The notes under the pieces were generated by a model. It did no database searches. It was not told where the DNA came from and saw only the letters and a list, made by a program, of their open reading frames with translations. A stretch of 45,604 bases of DNA, counting the filler, from Sphacelaria rigidula (Eukaryota): the NCBI GenBank assembly GCA_964200075.2. It is 2 parts of 2 records of this genome, joined end to end, with 100 filler letters (N's around TTAATTAATTAA, not from the genome) between each part and the next. Parts side by side here need not be neighbours in the genome. Positions count along the whole stretch, not along the records: positions 22,853 to 45,604 come from CAXNAA020000314.1; 1 more part is not named here. One strand, written 5' to 3'. Made by a program: the position numbers and the translations under genes. Shown piece after piece: positions 24,201-35,790 of the stretch; the stretch's first letter is position 1, and the number at the start of each line of letters is the position of its first letter.

Positions 24201-25092
24201 TAGCACAGCCGGTAACGAGGTGGCACTGACGACCGGCGGTCACGGGTGCGATTGTCCTTCGTACCCTTGAGCTGGTATTCTGGAAGTGCGTCGGAGACCA
24301 ACTCACACCGGACTGTGCATCGTCCCCTCCTCTTAACTATACCTACGCTACAGTGGCGCAGTGTACACGAAAACGAGTGGATGGAGCTTAAATTGCGACC
24401 AGTGTGGCCACGAAGAATGCACGAAGAATCACGACGTTCGGTCGACTAACCCGAAACACCGTGTTCACGGTCGCAAGGTTTGGGATACAGCGATCGTAGG
24501 CTCGCCTCCAAAGCGCTACCGTATTATGTGCCAACCTAGCTCGGTGCATTTGCGAAACACCGCGAGCGCAGCGTTATTTATTCATCAGCAATGATATCGA
24601 GTGCATGGGGCTGAAAAATGAGGTTCCGATGAGACAATGCAATTGAAACATATTTTGAGGTCAGCAGCAGTGTGGTGGTGAAGGCAGTCGCACTTGGCAA
24701 TATATCGCTTCAAATAGGCTTTCGGTTCGCTTGGATGTTTTCTGACGCGGCGAAAGAGGTATAGAAGACAGGGAGAGTCAAGCAGGAGACATTCATATCC
24801 GTTTTGAACGGCACTGTGCACCGGTGGCCGTACGAAGCAGCGAGGCCTTCACGTTTCAAGTACACCGTATATCATCAAAAGGTGGTCCAGGTCCTATGCA
24901 TGGCAGGCGGGCCGAGTTACTGCGCTCAATCTCAAAGTTTTATGCTTGATCAAGCCGCGCTTTGCAGTCACATATCTGCCCATTGCGAAAGAATCTGGTC
25001 TTCGCTACCACATTGATGAGCATATCCAAACGAACTTCCGCTGAGGCGTCGCCCGGTTATTTACCCGAGGGAGGGGTAGCGCCTCAACGGAA

Positions 25093-26100
25093 GTGCGCTT
25101 GGATATGCTCGTTGACGAGGTGGCGAAGGCTGGCTTCTTTCACGGTCGGCGGATGTGTGATTGCACAGCGGGGCCTGATCAAGTACAGTGCTTCGAGAGT
25201 GAGCACAGTGACTTCACCGCGTGTCATGCGTATTTGTCTCCATCCAAAATGGATATACTTTTCACATTCTTCGGGCGTGGCAGAGGGAACAATGCCATGA
25301 TCATCTGCTTCGTCTGAAGCACCTATCTGCTAGCTTTGCTGTGCTGTAAGATACATGAAACCATCCGTACACCGACTGAAATGGATATTCACAAGGAGGT
25401 CAGGTCGCGACCCCAGCACAGAAACGGTAGCCATCGCCCACTCCAAGATATGTTATTGCGTGCAGGATAGGGGCAAGACTGTGAGTGCTGTGGTATATGC
25501 CTCACGTGGCGAAGATCGTCGAAAAGAAGAAGATGGTGCCGTAAAAAACCACATGAAATGGGCTCACTCGGCCCCCTTTGTACAATGATTTATTGCCAAG
25601 TGGAGCATCAGCCAGAAGGCTAAGTCCAGCAACGGCGTAGTGTTCGTGTGATTCCCAGCGTCAAGTAGACATGCTTCATGGCCTCTTGTCTTGGTAGCGG
25701 TCATGACGCAATACAAGGTCATTTTTCCAGCATAATCTCCTCACCGGCAAGGGTGAAGACGATAAGCATGAGTAGCCTGACGGTGCCGAAGGATAATTCA
25801 GCGATGATTACGGCTCATGGAATATTAGGCGTAATCCGACGCTCCTGTGGAAACTTGTGTGAGTTGTCCCCGCCCTGCCCAACACATGTTGGGGTGGGAC
25901 GTTTGTCATCATTTTTTCCTCTTTCCCCCCTCTCCGTTGATCCGTGAGTAGATTGTGCTGGGAACATGGCCTGGCATAGCGATAGTACGCATGTAATGGC
26001 AAGTTACAAGCTGGTCCCGGTAGGAAGCATGATAGTTCTTGAAAACTTTGGCAATGATGACCACAGAGAGGGCTATGGAGCATGTCCACTCGACGCTGGG
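25093..26100 (+). pseudogene. Degenerate PIF/Harbinger-like (DDE_Tnp_4-type) transposase remnant
   Basis: Fragments in different frames follow the family motif order as I recall it: YLSPSKMDILFTFFGR (~RLAYPxRxxDLxxxFGR), EDGA (~IDGT), LYND (~YNG), MLHG..LGSGHDA (~LxGPxxGxxHD), LGTWPG, PVG-x12-H-x3-YG (~PVGxxYxVAxLLTNxHTCLYG). Confidence 0.45.
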
Positions 26101-29100
26101 AGAGACACGCGCACGACGCCTTTCCGGGCGCTCGTCGGAGGCTCTGAGGGACGCGGATGTTGAGTTCATCTCCCTCGGCACTACTTTTCTTTACCGGTAG
26201 CCTATTGCACGCTACGACAGGGTCTGGAGTTCTCAGTGATACCTGAGCATCGCGAGAAGCAGAACGCTATTACTCAAGCAGGCAGCGGCGACAAACGGCT
26301 AGGTATCGGCGATTTCAAGTGCCCGCCTGGTTTCCTGGACGTGCTGCAAAACAACTAAAAGGAGACCCCATGACCTCCCCAGTACTGATGCAGAGAAGAT
26401 GATGGCACACGAGAATTATGCACACAACTGATATTCTACGGCAACATTAACGGTATTTGTAGGATGCGTACCACTATCTCGACCCATGATCAGAACCACT
26501 TCTCCTGATCAACAGTAGAGTTGTGAATCGATACGAAGCACCAGCTAACTGCTGGGTACATATTCCAACCGTTTCTGGTCAGCAAGCCGCCCCGTGACTT
26601 TACCAGCAGTGTTGCCCAGTCATTCACACGGCGCAATCCAGCCAAAGCACTGCCCCTCGTGGGATCATGAGTGGCTCCTTCCGTGAGGGAAGAGGAACGT
26701 GCAATTCGGCTTCATACCCCTTCGCAATCGTCTTGATTTCATGTCGTCGAACGAGGGCTCTTTCAACTCGCGATCGATGCCGAATAGGCAAGAATAAACA
26801 GAGCACTTGTTCGATCTTTGCGATTCCCCTGCCTGACGAAAACGAGTTGGTTCCCGAAACCGTGCACACGATTGTTGTGCACTCCTCTGCACTTGAGCCA
26901 AGTGGTGGCGAGTGTGAGCGCTTTATGCAAGGAATCGGGTAGCCTATCCGAGTCCTTCAAGAGTGTCCATACTGGGAGCTAGCAGTGACTTGGTCGATAC
27001 CAACGTGAGGGAGACGGCGATGCGGTACAATAAAGACAACTGGTCAGTAATTTCAAGTCTAGTAAACGTCATGGTATTTGCTAGCATAGATATTTAGACG
27101 GTCAACGCATTCGCATTATCAAACACATGCAGCACTGAACCTCATTGGTTAACCGACGATATTGGTCGAAGCCACGTCTTTAATCAAGCCATTGAGCGTC
27201 CGCAGATGGACACCTAAACCTGGCAGTCATTTCCCAAGCCAACATGATGCCGATTCGATAAATGGACACGGCTGCGTGCTCCAAAGGTTGCCGCTGTATG
27301 AGCGTAGTAGTCCCTACGATTGGTGGAGCATTGGCACTTTATCAAAAGCATCCATCCACTTACGAAAAACTCACAGGAAAAACGCTGACAAGTTGTGGGA
27401 ATCATTAGTGAGCTGGAAGCGCTAGCGAAGACACCCAGTCACGTCAGTAGGCTCAAACTGATCATCTCGACCAGCGACCAGTTCCCAACTCTACTCGAAA
27501 GGCACCAGGCATGAAATCTTATGTAGCAACACGTCGACGAGGCTGCGGTTTTGTACCCATACGACGTCGATACAGTACTCTAATCACACATGACCGCAGT
27601 AGTGCTGCCAGCTACTGCATTGTGTTGCGCTGATGCGGGCAAAAACGCGCTCAGCTCGATGTGCATCACAAAAATAGGGGGGGCAAATAAGATATGCAGG
27701 TAGCAACACCTGCTTGGGGGGCAACGCGTAATGGCCGCCATATTCAGGGGCTCACTTTTACTTTGGAATCGTCGTGTGGCCTATGGTGGAACCACTATCA
27801 TTCCCGAAAGACCCCCCAGATTTCATCTCATTTTGCCGAAGGCTCCTAGCACCATAGGTGGGTTTATTCTAAACCTGTGACCAAAGGCTTTCCGGAAACT
27901 AGACCCATTCTTGGTGGTCGGGTAGAGGTATGCCAGGACTTCTGGAAAGGTCCAAACATCAAATTGTTCCGGAATGTGAGCACATTCTCAGTTTGGGGAA
28001 CCACCTGACCATAGTTTTCGAGAAAAGTTCATTTTCCCGCTGCATCGGGGTCACCAGAAAATTAGCTTTCACCAACTAAGATGGAAACAAGCCGTCTACA
28101 GTAGTTCTCATCTGAAATAGGTAGAGCTCGTAAATTGTTTTTCTCACCATTAACCAGTTATTATAAATGGCACATAATGGTTTGGTCATCGAACGGCGGA
28201 GCCGTAAGCAGCGAGCGAGGAAGCCGCGAGCCAACCAGCCCCCCCCCCGCAGAGGGGGCAGCCCCGGAGACGCCACCGGACGGCTCCCCTGGAGGCGCCG
28301 TGTCGAAAGCACGTTTTACCCGATTTTGGCTTCACTAGAGCTGAACAAATACGTGAAATTTGGGCCCATTTTCAAGGGCAAAAGCTGGTAACGGCAAATA
28401 ATGGCTGCAAACACTATCTGAAATGTTTGTTCAACCCTTTCATTGTTACCATTATGATGATAATGGCCAGTCATAACTGTTTCATTTCCGAGCTTTACCA
28501 AATAGACTTTTGCGCCATGTGTGGCCGCAAATGGATGAGCCTGATGTTTACCTATGCTTGCTGTCGATTAAATACCCCTGAACAAACGTCGCTGTTACTC
28601 TGACATTGGGGCATCTGGTGGTAGTCACGTTAACCGGTAGCCGGTCGACACAACGGTGGGCTTGCATTGGACTCTACCGTACGGTACTGCTGTGCTGTGG
28701 CTGTGACCAGCATGGGATACGAGCTGCACCTCAGGTTAATGCTACGACAGGAATGCACAAATATTTTCTGAGGTGAGAATTGTTAGGATCCCGTTATATC
28801 ATCCAAAACACGACCTATGAAATATGTGAGAGTACGTCAAGATTACTATTATATTCCAATGTGGCTGGGGATATCCCGAAAGAATTTGTTGACGAGGATG
28901 CCTGACGTATACTCTTGTGCATCTAAAATCGTTTGGAGCCCCTGAACCAGACATTATTTTGCACCCCTAACGTAGCCTTGCTCCCCACTGCACGCTATAC
29001 TTTGAGCCCGCGCTTGATTTTGATGATATGCTACAATCTTTACAGTACCAGTCTGCAAAACGGGGGTTTCGGCCGTTCGTGAGCTCCAGACGCTGAAGGG

Positions 29101-29228
29101 CTTGATTTGCGACATGCATGAAACCCCAACAAAATATTTGCAATGAACTGGTTACCATGACTTGTGAGTCGCTGACATAGATATATATTTCTTCTTTCAG
29201 CAGGCTACGTAAAAACATCTAGGTCTAA

Positions 29229-29995
29229 TGTCAGCACAGTGGCACCAAGAAAGTAGATGCCTACAGTAGACACACTTCTTCCTAAATCAAGTCGATTTCT
29301 GAGCCACTTGTTTTTCGACACGTCATCAGACGCAAATTGAGGTATTTATTGAGCTGACGAGACTCATGTGAACCCGCCTGATCTGTTGCAATGAAACGCC
29401 AACGGTCCCAGAAGTATGCGCGTTGCCTTAGTGGCGTAGGAAGCTAGAGCCTACGAGACCAGCGGTCTCTAACAACATCATGAAGCTGGTCCGCGCGGGG
29501 GTAGACACCAAAGCAGCGACAAACCTTGCCCTCCCTCATCCCATGTCAATCTAGTTTGTCTCGAATGTGTCGACAACACGTTTCCCTCTACCTACGAAAA
29601 TACATTGCATGCGCTCTCACAGTTGGGTATTTTCGCTCGCTGTCGTAGGTGCTCTAGACGAAGTAGGGTCAAGTGTGCAGCCTCCAAATCGAACACCCGC
29701 TATGTTCGTCAAAGTCTACGGATTTATGAATGCGTCTGAACGTGCACAACGAAAAACAAAAATGCCGGGTGGAACACAGACCTTCAATCACGATGCCTCG
29801 GGCCGCTACCATCCTCGCTGCGTTAATCTGCGCGCAAACCTCCCCGCGCCCTTGCTTAGCCTCCTTCGACGCAGTCTTGACGAGAACTCCGACCGTGTTA
29901 GACCTTGGTACTGCTCCCTTGGCAGCGCCCCCGACAGATGGGACGTGGTCCTTGCTAGCATGCCCGCTCGACACACAGGCAGTCTCCCGCACCCC
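29229..29995. repeat. Long diverged direct repeat, copy 2
   Basis: Same blocks as copy 1, but lacking two internal segments (~23530-23655 and ~23755-23910). Confidence 0.85.
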
Positions 29996-30149
29996 GCCTC
30001 GTGGATAGGTGGACCTCATAACCCATGAGGCAACACTGGCAGAAACTTTATAGCCCAAGGTGCCGACGATGTTGACGCTGTTGCCGACGCCGTTGGGCGC
30101 AGCTTTACCCAGGCCCTGCGCATCGAATTCGGGGGGAATCAAAATCGAG

Positions 30150-30192
30150 AAAAACAGCGGTCGTTTGTTTGAAAACAGCGGTCGTTTGTTTG
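30150..30192. repeat. 21-bp tandem duplication (gaaaacagcggtcgtttgttt x2)
   Basis: Read directly from the sequence. Confidence 0.85.
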
Positions 30193-30906
30193 CATCGCAA
30201 TTCCTCTTGAGCGTAAAGCGACCCATCGAGGCATGGCTTGCTGTCGACACTCGTGTCTATACATGGCAGTCATTTCGTGGCTGGCTCACGTCATGGTCGA
30301 TTTTTCCATTCATGTTTTCCACTTGTTCGCCACGCTCAATGGATGGCTAGCCCGAGCTGGGGGCTCCTTGTGAGTTCACGTGGAACGTTGGCCACGGATG
30401 ACTGCGAGCCCCCGTGATTCAAGATGGGCAATTCGCCATCAGCGTGGGGAAATGACGAAAATGAGAATGGGCATTGGGATCGTGGATGACACTCCGGAGA
30501 GTCTGGTGATTTTCTCCGGCCGTGACCGTGGGAGCGTGGTGGGAGCTCCAGCCATGCACGAGGATGGGAAACGAGTCGATGTGAGTGGTGGCTACGATGA
30601 CTCTACGGTGCTGTCGTGCATCACAGATACGCGTGACCGCTGAAGTCGACCCCACCGTCTTGTACTCCGGTGGGTCGTTATCAAGTAGCGCTCTACAGGT
30701 CGTGTCTTACATGTATCTCGTTTGCATGAGCTCTATCTCGACTGAAAGCCTCAGGCAGCGCGGCCGTCCAGAAAATATCTTGGGGTATTTCGCGAATGGT
30801 GAGAATTCGCAGGTGGGATTTCTCGTCACGTCACCCTTGTAGACCATGAAATGGAATTGTCACGAACAGCATCCCGTGGTTTGCAGCTTGATTCTGGTGT
30901 TGTTTC

Positions 30907-31352
30907 TATCCAATCAGGTCACGGGGAGACAGGCGGTCGCCCTAGCTTGTGCGCAAAATCTCCATGCTAACGCTCTGCAGTGGTGCCTTGCGGCCTGTGT
31001 GACCGCGGTGCCGATGATAGTGGCCTAATCTCCCTCCGCTGGCGTTCCCGATCCCGTAGTCCGCAATGTTCGTGACGACGGATACGACGTATTGGATGTG
31101 TACGTACGTTCGGTGTGTTACGGTCGAGATTTAGCTTCACAAACACACCGAACGTACGTACACATCCAACACGTAGTACTCACTGTCACAAAAAATGCTA
31201 TGACAGGATCGGGAACGCCTGCAGGGGCGATGAGGCCAGTGTTGTCGGCGCCGCGGTCGCGTATGCCGTGAGGCACCGCTGCAGAGCACCAGCACGACGA
31301 GTTTGCCCACCAACTCAAGCGACTCGTTGTCTGCCCGTGGCCTGATCGGATA
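30907..31352. repeat. Long inverted repeat / hairpin 1 (~210-bp arms, 22-nt loop)
   Basis: Perfect 28-bp stem 31092-31119/31142-31169. Outer arms are diverged but complementary out to tatccaatcaggtcacggg / cccgtggcctgatcggata. Confidence 0.9.
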
Positions 31353-32073
31353 CACCATAGTTCTTCGATCAAGCTACTAACCTTGGAGCGCTGTTCGTGA
31401 GAAGATTCCAGCTACGAATCCTCATCATTGGAAAAAAACACGCAGGGCTTCTTCCCAACGGCCGCGCTGCAATATTAAACCAAAGCAGTTACTTTTCCCC
31501 CACATGATCCCGTGGTTCACGTAGGGTTCATATGTGGCGTCTGGCGCCCAAGATCTTCAAGGCGTCTCGGACGTGGTGGGCACGCCAGAACCAAAACATT
31601 GGCCACATTTGCCTCGATGCTGTTCGAGATTCGAGCAAGTTGGTCGCGACTTTCATGTCGGGCTGCTGGGGTTTCCATTTACCATACACCGGTCGGGTCG
31701 ATACGATTTCCCACGAAACTAATGTCTACAGTTTATCACCTTTCTTGATGGCGTAAACGGGATATTCGGGTGTGAAAATTCGGTCAGGTGCCGGCCACAC
31801 GTCGAATTTGACAAATTATGTATGCACGTGGTCATTTTGAAGTCAATCGAGCGCCAATTCGAAGTTCCAGCTCGGATTCGGCGCTTCAATGGAATTCCAA
31901 GTGGGAATATACGGGTATGAACCATTCTAAAGTCATACAAAGGTGCAACGCTCTGGCCTGCCCAACTGTGCAAGCGTGCAAGATTCCCCGTCTTGTTCTC
32001 AACTCCAAATCCAATGCCTTCCCCTGTCGGGGTCAATTGACAAGCACGTTCTTTAATATTGGGGCCCAACGAA

Positions 32074-32496
32074 ACGAGGGTGCCACGCGGAGCGCGGTGA
32101 TTCACGGTCGAAACCTAGCTTCACAAACACGTAGCACTCACCAAGAGATTTACAGCAGACCGGATCGGCAACGCCCGCGGTGGCAATGACACCACTGCCG
32201 TCGGCGCTAGGGATGCTTATAGCGCAAAGTACCTCTGCAACGCATCAGCACGCAGAATTTGCTGACCAACGCCGGTGACCGCCCGACCGCCCGGTCACTG
32301 GCATTGGTGAGCAAATTCTGCGTGCTAATGCGCTGCAGCGGTGCCTTACGCTCGCATCCCTAGCGCCGACGGCAGTGGTGTCATTGCCACCGCTGGCGTT
32401 GCCGATCCGGTCGGCCGTGAATCTCTCGGTGAGTGCTACGTGTTTGTAAAGCTAGGTCTCGACCGTGAATCTCCGTAGCCCGCGCGGCACCCTCGT
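32074..32496. repeat. Long inverted repeat / hairpin 2 (~205-bp arms, 10-nt loop)
   Basis: Highly complementary arms, e.g. ggtggcaatgacaccactgccgtcggcgctagggatgc / gcatccctagcgccgacggcagtggtgtcattgccacc. Loop 32282-32291. Confidence 0.93.
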
Positions 32497-34829
32497 GGCC
32501 GGGGACAGGACATAGGAAATAGCACTGTAATCAACCTACCGACCGTGGGACGCTATTTGTGATATTTTTCTTCCACACATTCGACAAGAACAGCGTGACG
32601 AGAAGACCTCGCCGGGGAATTCTCATCATTGACAAAATACTCAGAAACCCTTCTGAGAAGACGCGCCGCCAACAGCCTTCACTCCAGCTATGTATCATGT
32701 AAACGAGATACAAGTATGACCCGAGGTATAGAGCGTTGCTTGACAACGGCACATCGAAGTGCCTCTCGATGGCGTCAACGTCAGCGGACACGCTGATCGA
32801 AGCGTAAGCATAAACCAGGATCTTGCAGCCACGCTGCTGAAACATGGAACCAACTAATTACAACATAGCAAGTATTTTTTTCATGCCTGTAGATACGCTG
32901 GCCTGTTAAACTATGTGGTACCGCGTTACACATGCAAATGCAGTATGCTATATGGAACCTTCACATAACAAACGTGCCTCATGTCCTCCTTTCGCACATG
33001 AAATTGCGATTTTGAAGTGAACCCCAACGTCCGAAGCAGGGCGTCTTACTATCGAAAACCTCGCATGGTGGCGCACCGCGATGACGGCGGCGAGTGGAGA
33101 GCAGACGTTTACGGTAGCGAAGCCCAAAAAGGACGGAGCCAGGACTACTACCACACATGACGGAGTCCAACATCTCGGGGCGATTTCGGCTTGGAGGGTG
33201 ATGCCCGAAAACTTACTCCCTATCCTCCTGACGAACCACGTGCACGGCAAGGCCTCCGATGAGACTATCCAAGCAGCATAACTTTCGACTGCGTGGCCGC
33301 ACGGCGTGGCCGTTGCAGGTGTCGAGGAAGCCATATTTGAAATACCCATCACACAGGCGTGATGCACTCCGTACGGCACGTTGTCGCAGATGGCACATTG
33401 ATTGGGATTGAGGGATGGAATATGTTTCCCGGCGGGAGAGATGGGCAGTTGTTTTTCAATATCATATGTCACGACAAACCAACCAGTGCACTTGCCCCCC
33501 CTTGCCCCCTCCCCCCCCCCCCCCCCAAGGGATTATTCTAGCACACGCCCGTATCCTGACACCACCAATGATCCCGCATCAGCACTTTTGCGTGGGTGCT
33601 TGAGGGCCGTCCGTTGTCACAATCCCTCATGTGCCATCTACAGCACTTTATCCTCCCATGAAAATGCTGTAGAATAGCTTCCTCTTCATGGAACTCGTAC
33701 GAGCAGTGTTCCTTCTGAGCCGCTTTATGGAAAGTACCGGGACGTGTCCCATGTTCTCCCCGATCTACGGTCGCGATCGAGAAGCTGAAGTCATCACCAA
33801 AATAGTGTCGCAGTACATATGTTGTGTGTAGCGACCGTAGTCCCGGCGCTTCTACTTGTCACGCGTTCTGTTGATTGGACTGTACTCTGAACACTCGCCA
33901 TGGCACAGCCTTTTCGCGGATGGGAAACTACTCAAGCATGCTCTACCGCTGGCAACTTCATATTGTGGCGCACTGTGGTGCCGAAGATATGTGATAGGAT
34001 GTCATGCGATCGTGTGCAACCCCGCAAACGGGGGGCAACTATTGTAGATGATGAAGTGTTTACATCCCCTGGCGATGAGTTTCTGACGTCCATCCTTGTT
34101 CTCAACGACCTAGACCCTGCACTCCCGAGGCACAGCGTCTAGGAAGGACTTCTCGATGAGATCTCCTCCCGCGACTCAACTCTCGGCAGCGTGGCCGTAC
34201 CGCGCAGCCATCGCAGGTTACGAGGAAACAGAAGTGAAAAAAAAACGTGAAACATGGTGGGGAATGCATTTCCTCGACACCAACAGCACGTTTTCACGGA
34301 GGAGGCACAAGTAAAGATCTAAACATGAAACAGCTTTCACGGGGGGAGGAGGGGGGGGAGGCGACTGAGTGTTTTCTCGCGATGGGGGCTGTTGCTACAA
34401 ATCACCAAGTCCGCTCTCTTCCGCCGGCAAGCGCTTTCGAGGGTACGTCCGTCTCCGACTCCTCCAATACACTCGTGGGGCCTTACTTGCCAATGTGATC
34501 AAAACCCGTCACGTGCCATCTGTAGCCTTTTACATTCCCATGTGAACCTTGACATATGTCGACATGCCATCAAGTATAATGTTTCCCCTTCCCTCTTGGC
34601 CGCTGTGCGAAATGTTTCGAGTGCAAACATCACAAGAAGAAAATAATTGAGAAGGCAAGGCTAGCGCGCTGCACGCAACACATATATCGCGTATATTGTC
34701 GAACTTTGTAACCTCAGGTGTGTCAGGTGGTGAGGCGCACACTTGTGTGCGACGGGGTCCCGTGAACAAAACAAACAAACAGAATCGATAAACTGAGGTA
34801 TACCCTGGGGATGTAGGGACATAGTAGGG

Positions 34830-35790
34830 GTAGTGTACATATCGGTGCGGGGAGCAGCGATGCACGCCGGCTGGGCACCTCTAACACACCTTCCAGTGCC
34901 TCAATCCCACGCCCAAGCTGCTTGGGCAGCATATCCAGGTTTTCATTATTCATTCGACACATGGGAACAAGGTTACCTTGGGCGTGGATGAGATGAACTT
35001 GTTGGAGCACCCCATTTTTCAATCAACCCGTGAAGTGCACTCCCTGTCAGCTAAGCAATTATATAATAACTATATTTTGTTCGCGCGCATACCCCCTTAA
35101 CCCTTTGGGAACTAGAGTGCTGATTTTTGTTTCGTGAACAGTTGTGAATCGGCATCATTTTGACTCGAAAATGACTGAAAATGAGGCCGATTCGCAAAAA
35201 CAAAGATCAGCACTGCCTGGGGGTCTAGTTTCCGAGGGGTTAATGTTCACACCATACCCCTTTTCTTCAGTGAAGTTTACATCACTTTCGAATGATGTTT
35301 TAGCCCTTCAATCACCGGAGGTGTCCATTTGTGGGATTGGCCTCATTTTCACGTAAAAAGGACCCCGGAGGTGTCCATTCGTGGAATCGGCATCTTTCTC
35401 TTGACAACGGACCGAAAATACCGATTCCACAATTGGGTACCTCTGGTGGTCGAGGGGCTAAAAGTCATTCGAAGGGGTTGTAAAGTCTACTGAACACAAA
35501 GGGGCGAAATGTGAACATAAAGGGGATATGTGGGTGCGAACAAAATTGGATAATATATCAATATTTAGCTGACAGGGGGTGTACCCCGCGGGTTTATTAA
35601 CAAAATGGGGCGCTCCGACATGCTCACCTTTTCCACGCCCTAGCTAACCCTCTTCTCATGTACCAGAATAAAATAAATTGAAGGCTGGGCATGTTGCTCA
35701 AGCACCTTGGGCGTGGGGCCGAGGCGCTGGAAGGTGTGTTAGAGGTGCCCAGCCGGCGTGCAATGCCGCTCCCTGCACCGAAACATGCAC
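34830..35790. mobile_element. Foldback-type palindromic element (~400-bp arms)
   Basis: tgcacgccggctgggcacctctaacacaccttccag pairs with ctggaaggtgtgttagaggtgcccagccggcgtgca. Complementarity continues inward to about 35340/35420 once the nested MITE is removed. Confidence 0.85.
35101..35239. mobile_element. 139-bp piggyBac-type MITE with TTAA target-site duplication
   Basis: TTAA (35097-35100) + ccctttgggaactaga ... tctagtttccgagggg + TTAA (35240-35243). Internally palindromic and absent from the opposite arm of the host palindrome. Confidence 0.8.
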
